Below are positions 27,434 through 37,472 of a stretch of 64,000 nucleotides of DNA, one piece after another; positions within the stretch are counted from its first letter, which is position 1, and each line of letters starts with the position of its first letter. The notes under the pieces are model-generated. The model did not search any database. It saw only the letters and a program-made list of their open reading frames with translations, and was not told where the DNA came from. This DNA is from a virus, in the IMG/VR virus record IMGVR_UViG_3300013094_000025, positions 33,938 to 97,937 of that record; one strand, given 5' to 3'. A program made the position numbers and the translations under genes.

Positions 27434-27898
27434 ATGGCGCAACAAATTACAAATGCCGGATTAACTTTCAATTATTTACAACCTAACGATTGTATAGGAG
27501 ATTCCTTAGGTTTTTTTAATGCCAATTTAACTAATTTAATAACATTAGTTAATAATTTATCATCTAATTTATATACTGTTACTAGTAATATTTCTGCAGC
27601 AGTACCTGCTTCAACCACTGTTGCTAAAGCTTGGGGTGTATTTAACGGTACAATTGCAAGTGGTTTAATAAATGGTTATCAAGTTACAAGTGTTACAAAA
27701 ACAGCTACAGGGGTATACAATGTATTATTAAGTGTTACATTACCAAATACTAATTATGCAGTCGTAGGTACAGGTTCACCAAACTGTATTTTAACAGTAT
27801 CAAATCAAGGAACAAATTCATTTCAGATTAATACTGTAAATACAGCAGGTACCGCTACTAATTACAATCCTGCTAGTTTTGTTGTTTATAGCTCTTAA
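27434..27898 (+). CDS. small virion fibre/decoration protein with CIGDSL anchor
   Basis: DCIGDSL..NAN N-terminus; AKAWGVFNG...TGVYNV...NYAV fibre-tip type domain; TAAATA at 27422-27427. Confidence 0.65.
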   Translation: MAQQITNAGLTFNYLQPNDCIGDSLGFFNANLTNLITLVNNLSSNLYTVTSNISAAVPASTTVAKAWGVFNGTIASGLINGYQVTSVTKTATGVYNVLLSVTLPNTNYAVVGTGSPNCILTVSNQGTNSFQINTVNTAGTATNYNPASFVVYSS

Positions 27899-29544
27899 GC
27901 TTCACAGCTCTTACAATCGTTAATTGATCGAGCAAGCATCTGACTTGGATTAGCTGAACGCTGATAGTAGAGAGCTTTAATTCCTTGTTCCCAAGCAAAG
28001 ATATAAAGTTCATTAGCTTCCTTAGGCTTAGTATCAGGAGGAATCATTACATTTAATGACTGACCTTGATCGATAAACTTCTGACGTTGAGCTGCCTGAA
28101 TGATAATCTCCTTCTGAGAAATCTCACCAAACGTTTTAAAGACATCTTTTTCGTCTTGAGTTAAGAAATCTAAGTGCTGAACAGAACCTCCTTTCATAAG
28201 GATACTCTTCCAAGTTTCATCATCATGCTTACCTTTATCTTTTAGTAATTGTTTGAGATAAGGATTACGATACGTAAACTTACCCTTAGCTAAATCCTTA
28301 ACATAGTAGTTAGAGTTCTGAGGCTCGATAGAAGGACTAACTTGACCAAGAATAAACGAACTAGATGTGGTTGGAGCTACAGCTAAGGTAGTTGTATTAC
28401 GACGACCATAACCTTTCAGTAAAGGTGGTTCTCCTAGCATATCAGCTAATGTTGCTGAAGCCTTATCAGCATGTTCACGAATAAACTTCCAAACTTGTGT
28501 GTTAAGAAGTTTAGCTTCCATTGATTCAAAGCCAATCATCTTTGATTGAAGTAATGAATGCCATCCAAGAACACCAACACCAAGAGCTCGTTGATTAATG
28601 GCAAACTTCCGAGGTGCATCCATAAACTTCATACCTTCAGTCTTATCGATAAACTCAGTCATGACTGCATCTAAGAAAAATACTAAGAACTCAACAGCGT
28701 CAGTATTCTTCCACTCTTCCCATCGTTCAAGATTCATAGAAGATAAATCACAAACAAATGACTCATCTGGTCCATTAGAGAGCATAATCTCTGAACATAG
28801 ATTAGAATGATTAATCTTAAGACCTTTATCCTTATAAACTTGAGGAGCCTGATTATTAGCATTATCAGAAAAAAAGATATAGGGATAACCTGATTCAAAA
28901 CGCTTCTTAATAATTAACCCCCAAGTCTTACGCTTATCTTTATCTCCTTCAGTCATAGACTTCATCCATTCATCTGACACACAGACTCCGATTGAAAGGT
29001 CCTGAATAGAATCTCCTTCACCTTTTATCTTTAAGAACTCTTCAATGTCAGGATGATCAATAGGAAGGTAGGCAGCAAATGAACCTCGACGAACATTGCC
29101 TTGAGAAATATAATTCGTAAGAGAATCAAATACTGTTAACTGATGATGAACCCCTGTTGCTTCACCTCCTGAAGAGATAGGTGTACCTCTAGGACGAATA
29201 GCTCCAAAGTAACCAGATGTACCTCCACCAACTTTTGACATAACCCCTACCTCAGCAATTTTATAGAGAATATCATCCATGTTATCAGGAACATATGAAC
29301 CGAAGCAAGAAATAGGTAGACCACGTTTACGTCCGAAGTTTGACCAAATAGGAGAGCTAAGAGAATAGTACCCCTTATGCATATACTCTTCAAACTTTAC
29401 TGCAAAGCCTTTAAGCTTAAGAAGCTTTTCAGCAGCCTTTGCAATATCAGTTATTCTTTGTTCGGCAGTTTCTCCTTCTAAAAGGTAACCACGTTCTAAA
29501 AATTTCCTAGAATCCTTATTAAGCCAATAGATGTGTTCTGTCAT
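27895..29544 (-). CDS. nrdA: ribonucleotide reductase alpha subunit, no ATP cone (class Id/NrdAi-like)
   Basis: PISCF, GGGT, SNLCSEI, VCDLSS, APTTSSS, YYQR, C-terminal CKSCEA. Confidence 0.95.
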   Translation of the reverse strand: MTEHIYWLNKDSRKFLERGYLLEGETAEQRITDIAKAAEKLLKLKGFAVKFEEYMHKGYYSLSSPIWSNFGRKRGLPISCFGSYVPDNMDDILYKIAEVGVMSKVGGGTSGYFGAIRPRGTPISSGGEATGVHHQLTVFDSLTNYISQGNVRRGSFAAYLPIDHPDIEEFLKIKGEGDSIQDLSIGVCVSDEWMKSMTEGDKDKRKTWGLIIKKRFESGYPYIFFSDNANNQAPQVYKDKGLKINHSNLCSEIMLSNGPDESFVCDLSSMNLERWEEWKNTDAVEFLVFFLDAVMTEFIDKTEGMKFMDAPRKFAINQRALGVGVLGWHSLLQSKMIGFESMEAKLLNTQVWKFIREHADKASATLADMLGEPPLLKGYGRRNTTTLAVAPTTSSSFILGQVSPSIEPQNSNYYVKDLAKGKFTYRNPYLKQLLKDKGKHDDETWKSILMKGGSVQHLDFLTQDEKDVFKTFGEISQKEIIIQAAQRQKFIDQGQSLNVMIPPDTKPKEANELYIFAWEQGIKALYYQRSANPSQMLARSINDCKSCEA

Positions 29545-29550
29545 ATAAAA

Positions 29551-30522
29551 TTAAAATAAATCGTCTTCAGAGAATGATTGATTCTTCTTAGCGTACTCGA
29601 CCGGACGAGCATAAAAAAAGTCGGTCATATTGTTACCGTGTAATTCCTCTGTAAACCACATTGTAGCTTTAAGAATTTCTTTATCAACGTCAAAAGCTTT
29701 TTTAAACCCGATACCTGCTAAAGATTCATTAATTCGATCTTTGATAAACTCTTTAAGGATAGGAGCTGATAGTCCTTCTTCCTTAATACCGTTTACCATC
29801 CAATCAACAATCTTAGCTTCAGACTCAAAGGCCATTTGAGCTTCATGAAGAATACGCTCTTCAAGCTCTGCATCAAAGAGCTCAGGATATTCATCTCTAA
29901 TTGTATTAATAATCTTCGTACCAACAATACCGTGAATGTTCTCTTCGTTACGAGTGTACTTGACCTGCTGATCGGTATCCTTAAGAACATTCTTAAAACG
30001 TGCAAACCAATTGATAACATAGAACTGACTAAAGAGAGATACGTTTTCAACAAAGAGAGTAAAAAGAATGAGTGCGTAAAGATACTGTTTCTTAGAATCC
30101 TTATAGAACTTATGAGTGTACTTACGAAGATACTTTACTCTACCTTCAATCCAATCAAGCTTAAGGTTTTCCTCGAATACATTCTCCAGTCCAAGAACAG
30201 AAATAAGTCTTTCATAGGCATTGTTATGAATAACTTCGACATTAGCCATAACATATCCAAGATCTTGAAAGCAAGGCTGAGGAAGATTCTCACCTAATTT
30301 AGCCCAGAAGGTTTTTACAGCGATCTCAATTTGACCGATAGCAGACAAAGTACGAATAATAATCTCTCTTTCCTGATCTGTTAAATTAACTTTAAACTGT
30401 TGAACATCAGACTTAAAAGAAAATTCTTTATCAGTCCAGAATCCGTTATGCATTGCTTCAATGAACTCATCTGTCCATTTATAATTGTTTGGTTTGCGGC
30501 TAATTTGTTCGTCGAAGATCAT
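29551..30522 (-). CDS. nrdB: ribonucleotide reductase beta subunit (class Id/NrdBi-like)
   Basis: AIGQIEIAVKTFW, EVIHNNAY, ENVSLFSQF, EENIH, DFFYARPVEY. Confidence 0.93.
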   Translation of the reverse strand: MIFDEQISRKPNNYKWTDEFIEAMHNGFWTDKEFSFKSDVQQFKVNLTDQEREIIIRTLSAIGQIEIAVKTFWAKLGENLPQPCFQDLGYVMANVEVIHNNAYERLISVLGLENVFEENLKLDWIEGRVKYLRKYTHKFYKDSKKQYLYALILFTLFVENVSLFSQFYVINWFARFKNVLKDTDQQVKYTRNEENIHGIVGTKIINTIRDEYPELFDAELEERILHEAQMAFESEAKIVDWMVNGIKEEGLSAPILKEFIKDRINESLAGIGFKKAFDVDKEILKATMWFTEELHGNNMTDFFYARPVEYAKKNQSFSEDDLF

Positions 30523-30601
30523 ATTTTTTGTTTATTTAATTGGTTGCGGTACATAGTTCGAGTGTGATTATTGTAGTGAGGTTTTAGCACTTTTCTACCT
30601 T

Positions 30602-31168
30602 TTAAGTGCTTTTTGTGATACGTTTATTCTTTGGAAGATCTTTCCAATGATCGTTTTTATTATTCCACTGTCTTCCCCCAGGAAGTTTAATATTTTTGCC
30701 GTTCAAATTAACTTCGGCTTTAAATTCATTTGTTTCTTTTGTTTTTACCTTTTTAGGCTTAATATTAACATCGTTGTCATATTTAACACTATCAGGTACA
30801 GGACCACGATTAATACCATCATCTTGAATTTCTAAAGCTTCAATAGGAACTGTCATCGGGTTACGATAAAGACCAGGGGCGTATTCGATGATAACATCAA
30901 CATAGATGTTATCAGGTGCTTCAGTTCCACCCATATAGTTCTGAGTTGTTGTTGGATAAATACTCTTAACAGCTGAAACTCTTAAGTTAAGATCAAATTT
31001 AGGATGCATACAAGCCTGTATCATCTCAATAAAGTTACTAGCCTTTTGCTTAAAAAAGTCAAGCTTTAAACAATCATCGCGAAAACGTACGCGATCACCG
31101 ATTACAAACCCGCCTTGTTGATAGCGTTCCATTATACCTTCAAGTACTAAATTAAACTGTGTATCCAT
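30602..31168 (-). CDS. hypothetical late protein (SH3-like beta core)
   Basis: 188 aa; minus-strand TAAATA at 31180-31185; GDRVRF motif. Confidence 0.7.
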   Translation of the reverse strand: MDTQFNLVLEGIMERYQQGGFVIGDRVRFRDDCLKLDFFKQKASNFIEMIQACMHPKFDLNLRVSAVKSIYPTTTQNYMGGTEAPDNIYVDVIIEYAPGLYRNPMTVPIEALEIQDDGINRGPVPDSVKYDNDVNIKPKKVKTKETNEFKAEVNLNGKNIKLPGGRQWNNKNDHWKDLPKNKRITKST

Positions 31169-31179
31169 ATTTGTGATAT

Positions 31180-31205
31180 TATTTAAGCAACTCCTCCCCT
31201 AAATA
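31180..31205. promoter_or_regulatory. back-to-back divergent late promoters
   Basis: TAAATA on - (31180-31185) and on + (31200-31205). Confidence 0.65.
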
Positions 31206-31214
31206 ATAGTATAA

Positions 31215-31706
31215 ATGGCTATTAAAATTACAGAACTAAAAACAATAGCTGATATATATAATACAAATCAGTATGTTTATAAAGATTTATATTTAGATAT
31301 ACAGCAAAATCAATATGTTTTACCCGGTTTCAATCCTTCAAGGCCAGGTGCTGATATTCAAGCTAGTTATGACGATCGTGCTATATCTAACTCTTTAACA
31401 AATCTTTTTAATACTTTACCCGGACAACGTTTTTTATTCCCTGAATACGGCCTAAATTTAAAACGTTATTTGTTTGAACAAATTACTGAATATAACGCTC
31501 AACTTATAGGTAGAAAAATATTTGATACAATTACGCTCTATGAATCTAGAGTAACACCATTAAATGTTAATGTAGTAGCTGATCCTGACAGTAATTTATA
31601 CATAATTACTATCGTAGTCTTAATACCAATTTACAATGCAAATATAAGTTTGTATTATAATTTTGATATAACTCAGCAAAAATTTATCAATATAACAAAT
31701 AACTAA
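31215..31706 (+). CDS. gp25: baseplate wedge subunit (T4 gp25-like)
   Basis: AISNSLTNLFNTLPGQRFLFPEYGLNLKRYLFE...YESRV. Confidence 0.9.
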   Translation: MAIKITELKTIADIYNTNQYVYKDLYLDIQQNQYVLPGFNPSRPGADIQASYDDRAISNSLTNLFNTLPGQRFLFPEYGLNLKRYLFEQITEYNAQLIGRKIFDTITLYESRVTPLNVNVVADPDSNLYIITIVVLIPIYNANISLYYNFDITQQKFINITNN

Positions 31707-31712
31707 TAAAAT

Positions 31713-33527
31713 ATGGCAAATATTACTCCTCAAACACAATTTAATAATTTTGATATTCCTCAAGGAGGTTATGTTTCTTTTGATGCAATGTCTCTTCGTC
31801 AGCTTATTATTAATAGGCTTAACACACAGAACGTTTTTACAGATCAAAATTTCATTGGTTCTAATTTATCTTGTATTATTGATATCGTTGCTTATTCCTA
31901 CAATACCTTAATTTACTATTTAAATAAAACATCTAACGAATCTATGTTTTCTGAAGCCCAGCTTTATGAAAATATTAATCGTATTGTTAAGCTTATTGAT
32001 TATTCACCAGTTGGTAATCAAACTTCAACGTTATCTTTCACCTGTACAGCGTCTCAATTAAATCAAGGTGTTTACACTATACCTCTTTATTCCTATATAC
32101 CTACTAACGGTATTAATTTTTCATTTAATAAGAATGTATCTTTCAATAAGTCTCTTAATCAAACAGCAGAAGAATTAACTAATTTTGAAAATTCAACTCT
32201 TTTATATGAAGGTAAGTATGTTGAATACCCTGTATATACAGCGGCAGGAGATGAAAATGAAGTTTTAATAGTTAATCCAGAAAAAAATATTATTGATCAC
32301 TTTAATATAGATGTTTACGTTAAACCGGTAGCTACAGGTACTTGGTTACAGTATACATCTAGTCCTAATTTGTTTTTAGAAAACGGATCAGCTACAAAGT
32401 ATCAAATTCGTTTAAACGAAAAAGGCTACTACGAAATAACTTTCGGTAACAATATTAACGGTCTTCGTTTACAAACAGGTGATCAAGTAGCAGTTTACTA
32501 TTTAGCTTCTGATGGAGCTACTGGACAAGTAGGACCAGGTACTCTTAATCCTAAAACATCCACTATAACATTGTTTAATACCACTCAATATAATCAAATA
32601 ATAAATGATGTTTTTGTTAAACAATATCAGTATCTAACTACCGCTCAATTACAAAATATTAATTTTACAAATAGTACAAATTCAACAATATTTAATCCGC
32701 CTGAAACTGTACAGTCAATACAAAATAACGCACCAGCAAATTATAGAAGTCAAAACCGTCTTGTAACTACGCAAGATTATGTAACATATGTAAAAACAAA
32801 TTTTGGTAATCTTATTGCAGATATTAAGTGTGTTAATAACAATGATTACATTGCCGGGTATATGCAGTATTTTTATAATTTAGGTATTACAAATCCACAA
32901 ATTACCGATCGAGCATTATTCAATCAGGTAACTTATTCTGATGCTTGCAACTTTAATAACGTGTACGTTATTGTTGTACCTAAGTCAAACGCATTTGTAC
33001 CAAATTACATACTACCAGCTCAAAAGCAACTAATTAGCTCTTCAATTAATAGTAGCAAAGTAGCTACTACAGAGACTGTTTTTATTGATCCGGTGTATAA
33101 AGCTATAAGTATAGGTTTAGCATCTGCTCCAGATCAAATTAATCTACCTACTGATGAAAACCTCTGTGTTTTAAACGTACATAAAAAGACTAACTCTCTC
33201 AGAAGTAATCAGGCTATTGTAGGCGATATTGTTAATGTATTTACAACATACTTTAACACAAGCGCAGTAAGATTAGGTCAAATAATAGATGTTCGTAACT
33301 TAACTCAGCAAATTTATGCTGTCGATGGTGTACAAACTTTTTATACATCTAGAACAGATAATCCAGATATCTACATAGAAGGTTTATCTCTATTTGCTTG
33401 GAATCCAATTTACCCGTCATTAGATGCTACGTTTACAACTAACAATATATCTCTTAATTATTATGAATTTCCTTACTACGATAATATAAACAATCTAGGT
33501 AATCAAATCAATATTATCAGCTCCTAA
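31713..33527 (+). CDS. gp6: baseplate wedge subunit (T4 gp6-like)
   Basis: DQNFIGSNL...AY, ESMFSEAQL, YEITFGNNING, QNRLVTTQDY. Confidence 0.9.
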   Translation: MANITPQTQFNNFDIPQGGYVSFDAMSLRQLIINRLNTQNVFTDQNFIGSNLSCIIDIVAYSYNTLIYYLNKTSNESMFSEAQLYENINRIVKLIDYSPVGNQTSTLSFTCTASQLNQGVYTIPLYSYIPTNGINFSFNKNVSFNKSLNQTAEELTNFENSTLLYEGKYVEYPVYTAAGDENEVLIVNPEKNIIDHFNIDVYVKPVATGTWLQYTSSPNLFLENGSATKYQIRLNEKGYYEITFGNNINGLRLQTGDQVAVYYLASDGATGQVGPGTLNPKTSTITLFNTTQYNQIINDVFVKQYQYLTTAQLQNINFTNSTNSTIFNPPETVQSIQNNAPANYRSQNRLVTTQDYVTYVKTNFGNLIADIKCVNNNDYIAGYMQYFYNLGITNPQITDRALFNQVTYSDACNFNNVYVIVVPKSNAFVPNYILPAQKQLISSSINSSKVATTETVFIDPVYKAISIGLASAPDQINLPTDENLCVLNVHKKTNSLRSNQAIVGDIVNVFTTYFNTSAVRLGQIIDVRNLTQQIYAVDGVQTFYTSRTDNPDIYIEGLSLFAWNPIYPSLDATFTTNNISLNYYEFPYYDNINNLGNQINIISS

Positions 33528-33529
33528 AA

Positions 33530-36500
33530 ATGATACAAGCTAATTTTACTGTCTCTCCCTCTAATGGTTATGTATTGGCAACAAATTTTACTGTTACCAA
33601 TACAACAACATCTGATAATATTAATTGGAAATATATTTGGGATCCAGGTACTGGAGAGTTAGTATATAATGTAACTAATCCTACTTTTACATATAACTAC
33701 CCTAACACATATAATATATCTTTAACAGCTGTAGATGGTAATGGTAGCACAAGTATAGCTACTCAACAAGTTACAACTTCATTAGCGTATAATGATTTTC
33801 TTACATTTACACAAATTCCTGACAGTTATGCTAATCCTGGAGAATCAACAGCTACACCTTTTCAAATTAGTGTAATAAGTTCAAATCCTAAAGCTCTACT
33901 AAACGTTGACTTATACGCTGCTAATTCTCTTTCTACTCCTTTACAATATGTTCCTAGTAAATGGAATTTTTTAACACCTACTTGGTATTTTACTGATATT
34001 GATTCTAATGTTGTTACATCTCTTTCTGTAGTACCAGTACCCGTTTATATTAACGGTATAGTTGTAGCTGTATCTGGTACAGCTCAATTTTATTATATTG
34101 ATTCAATGAGTACAGGTACACCTATAGTTAATAATCCTTTATTAATTACAGCTACCTTACAGACTAATAATTTTAGTACACCGTACGGATCAAATATACC
34201 TGGAGTACCTTCAACATATTCTAGTGTATATCCTTATCCGTCTTACGCTAATAATCAGGCCGTTAGAGCTGGGCTTATATGGCAAGTTAATGATTTACTT
34301 CCAAGCTTACTAAAAGTAACAGCTAACTATATTGACAATATAAACCCTCTTCAGTATAACGGTATTGAGATACCAACAGTAGTTACTTATCACGGTAATC
34401 GTTCCTATATTTTATCAGGGGCTTATAGTGATACAAGTGGTATTCTATTTTCTTATCCAGCTACAAATACTTTAGGTAACCAATACCCGTTAACATTAAC
34501 ATTAAGCGGTACACCATTAAACACATTTTATACTGAAACATCTCCTCTATATGTTCAACAAACTGACGCTAACGGTGCTCTTATAGGTGGATATGTTTTT
34601 ACTTCTCTTACTTCTTTAACATCAATACCTAGCACAAGTATAACAGCTCAAACTACCGCCGTTAATAATGTTAATTTAACAGGTGCGTTTCCTTACCCTC
34701 AAGGTCTTGTACCTAATACATCTGTTTGGATTTCTAATCCTGAACAAAATATTTTAAATAAAATTACTCTTACCCCTTATATAAGTGGTAGCTCTAACGC
34801 TATTAATAATTTTAATAATAGTAATTCGTTAATTGATGGTTATATTAAGCAAGTAAACGTACCACCTATTCAAGCTCCAACTACGTTCAATTATAATATG
34901 ACCGGGTTTTCAGGTATATATGGTATAGCTATAGATCCTAGAGATTATAGTATTGTTGCTGCAGATGCTGAAGCAGACATGCTGTATAGATTTACAAATA
35001 CTGGTGTATTAACTGCATCGTACAATCTCTATAATTACGATCATTATAATCCCTATCAGAGTACATTCTTAAAAGAAACTTTTAATGTTACAACACCTGT
35101 TCTTTCATCAACTACTTATATATTAGATAATATATTTAGCCCTTCAACAAACCCTAACAATTACATAGTAACACTTAATGGAGTAATACAGTCACCGGGT
35201 ATATATTCAATTAGTAACAATAACACATTTCAATTTACAGTACCTGATTTAACACCTTCACCTAACACCATTTTAAATGTAACAGAAATATTCAGTACAA
35301 GTCTTTCTTCTAATTATATTTCTTCTATTCAGTATTGGACTAGTGCAAGTAGTGTACCTGCATCTGTTTTTCCTTTAACCGGTAATCCGTCTCTTTCAGC
35401 AAGCTCAAATTATTATATTGTTACCGTAGACGGGATAATGCAATCTCCTTCTTCGTACACAATAACACCATCAGCTTATACTATCTCTTTTGCTCCAGAC
35501 GCTGTACCTTCAGCTAATCTACCTATTCAGGTATTTTACTTACCAGGCTTATTAAATCCGTATGTATGGACTTTTAATTTAACTACTCCAACTAATATTT
35601 TATCCTTGTCAAGTAACAGTGTTTATATTAGTAATCCGTATAAAACATTTTTAGTTAATATAGGAGGAGTATATCAAGGTTCTCTTAACTACGTTCTAGA
35701 TGTTGTTAACAATCAGTTAATATTCGATTCAGTATTACCAACAAATACAAATATATTTGTTACCTATACTGATACTCTTCAGTCTGTATATAACCCTTTA
35801 GCTTATACTCCTGCTAATGTTTCTATAGATAGTAATTACAATATATGGATTTCTCTTTTTAATGATCATAGTATTTTAAAATTTGATCCTAATTTTAATT
35901 TATTGTTTAATACGTCTCCTGCGTCTTTATTAGGTATAAACAGTGCAGCAAACTATCCCGGAGATCCAAAAGTCAAAACAGATATTGTTGAAGAAGATTA
36001 TTTACTTAAACCACCCACTGTAGAAACCGATAAAAATAATAATTGCTGGGCTACTTATTCGTTCTCTTTATGTAGTTTATTAGTAAAGTTTGATACATAC
36101 GGGAACCCTTTAACTGCTATTACATTACCTAATAACAGTGTACCTGCTGCTTTAGCTATCGATAACAATAATAACGTTTGGGTATCAAATAGCTACGAAA
36201 CTTCTGCTATACCAGGAAATATACAACAATATAACGGTACTAACTATACCTTAATGAATACCGTTACAGGTATACCTAGACCAGGAGAGTTAAGCTTTAA
36301 CCGTGCAGGTAATCTTTGGTTCACTCACAGTATAAGAGGTATAGGTTATTACGATATAGGTAAAAATACGACAACGTTGTATTATAACGATCCTAGTAAT
36401 TCTTTTTCCAACTTTACCCTCCTTACGGCTGCAAGCGGGGTAGTATACTCTCAATCTTCTTTAATATCATCTCTTAGTACAGTAATTGACTTTAGTGTAC

Positions 36501-37471
36501 AAAGTATGACCTATACCTTTAGTTGGACTACAAGTACGTATACTGTTTCCGGTAATCAAATTTATAACTTTGATGAAGACTTTACCGGACTTGCTGTTGA
36601 CGTATATGATCGTTTATGGGTCATTGATGCACCTTACAATTCAACATATATACTTACTTCTGCTGTACCTCAGTCTATAACTATTAATACACTTAATAGT
36701 AATACCCCTAACTTTATAAGCGATCCTATATTTAGAGAAATACAGATTGTACCTAATAACACTATCAGTTATTATACTGATCCTAATACTTCTTTTACAG
36801 TTACTAATTCAGGTAATTATTTGTTTCGTTCAGCTCAAGCTACTGGAGACTGGACAGGTAACAAATGGTATCAGAAATATACTAACTTTCAATTATTAAC
36901 TTCAGCTTTACTCTCTGGTACTTCAGCTCCTTTTGCTATAAATGATTTTAGTAACCCATATCAGATAAAACGTATTAATGAATCATTTAATACAGCAGCG
37001 TATTATAAATCTTTAGCGTTACCTGAAAATCTTCAAGAAAATACAGTTCTCTTTGATCAGTTTTTCCCTGCTGTTGTAGGTACAGGGTATCTAAGTGCTA
37101 ATGAAGATGTAGGTCAAGTAACATATGAAAGAATAGCTAACTTCGTACAGAATCACTCTGACGTAGATACTTGTTTGACTGATCAGTTATTAAACTTAGC
37201 AAAATTTGTTGATATTGATCCATCTACCTATGCTACTCTCTATCCTTCAGATATTAAAAATATGTTAGATATATCTTCTATATCAAAAAATAGATTATTA
37301 GGTTTTCCAGATCTTTCAGGTAATTACTTTAATAATATTATTGATTGGAATTCAAATCAAACTCTTCTCAATCCTACCCTATCAACATTTGAAGATTGGT
37401 ACGGTGATAACGGTATCATTGAAAGTTCTTTTAGATACTTGTTAACAAAGAATCTCTTCTTAAATAACTAG
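33530..37471 (+). CDS. large virion/baseplate protein with N-terminal PKD domain, internal beta-sandwich repeats and NHL-like propeller
   Basis: ANF...WDPGTG...PTFTY PKD; three V-x-x-x-G-x-x-Q-x-x-x-x-Y repeats; multiple IDxNNNVWV blades. Confidence 0.7.
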   Translation: MIQANFTVSPSNGYVLATNFTVTNTTTSDNINWKYIWDPGTGELVYNVTNPTFTYNYPNTYNISLTAVDGNGSTSIATQQVTTSLAYNDFLTFTQIPDSYANPGESTATPFQISVISSNPKALLNVDLYAANSLSTPLQYVPSKWNFLTPTWYFTDIDSNVVTSLSVVPVPVYINGIVVAVSGTAQFYYIDSMSTGTPIVNNPLLITATLQTNNFSTPYGSNIPGVPSTYSSVYPYPSYANNQAVRAGLIWQVNDLLPSLLKVTANYIDNINPLQYNGIEIPTVVTYHGNRSYILSGAYSDTSGILFSYPATNTLGNQYPLTLTLSGTPLNTFYTETSPLYVQQTDANGALIGGYVFTSLTSLTSIPSTSITAQTTAVNNVNLTGAFPYPQGLVPNTSVWISNPEQNILNKITLTPYISGSSNAINNFNNSNSLIDGYIKQVNVPPIQAPTTFNYNMTGFSGIYGIAIDPRDYSIVAADAEADMLYRFTNTGVLTASYNLYNYDHYNPYQSTFLKETFNVTTPVLSSTTYILDNIFSPSTNPNNYIVTLNGVIQSPGIYSISNNNTFQFTVPDLTPSPNTILNVTEIFSTSLSSNYISSIQYWTSASSVPASVFPLTGNPSLSASSNYYIVTVDGIMQSPSSYTITPSAYTISFAPDAVPSANLPIQVFYLPGLLNPYVWTFNLTTPTNILSLSSNSVYISNPYKTFLVNIGGVYQGSLNYVLDVVNNQLIFDSVLPTNTNIFVTYTDTLQSVYNPLAYTPANVSIDSNYNIWISLFNDHSILKFDPNFNLLFNTSPASLLGINSAANYPGDPKVKTDIVEEDYLLKPPTVETDKNNNCWATYSFSLCSLLVKFDTYGNPLTAITLPNNSVPAALAIDNNNNVWVSNSYETSAIPGNIQQYNGTNYTLMNTVTGIPRPGELSFNRAGNLWFTHSIRGIGYYDIGKNTTTLYYNDPSNSFSNFTLLTAASGVVYSQSSLISSLSTVIDFSVQSMTYTFSWTTSTYTVSGNQIYNFDEDFTGLAVDVYDRLWVIDAPYNSTYILTSAVPQSITINTLNSNTPNFISDPIFREIQIVPNNTISYYTDPNTSFTVTNSGNYLFRSAQATGDWTGNKWYQKYTNFQLLTSALLSGTSAPFAINDFSNPYQIKRINESFNTAAYYKSLALPENLQENTVLFDQFFPAVVGTGYLSANEDVGQVTYERIANFVQNHSDVDTCLTDQLLNLAKFVDIDPSTYATLYPSDIKNMLDISSISKNRLLGFPDLSGNYFNNIIDWNSNQTLLNPTLSTFEDWYGDNGIIESSFRYLLTKNLFLNN

Positions 37472-37472
37472 A

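Noticed and set aside
3722-29544. Inteins in UvsX, helicase, terminase, clamp loader or NrdA
   Set aside because: All are of normal length with contiguous motifs and no C...HN splice signatures.
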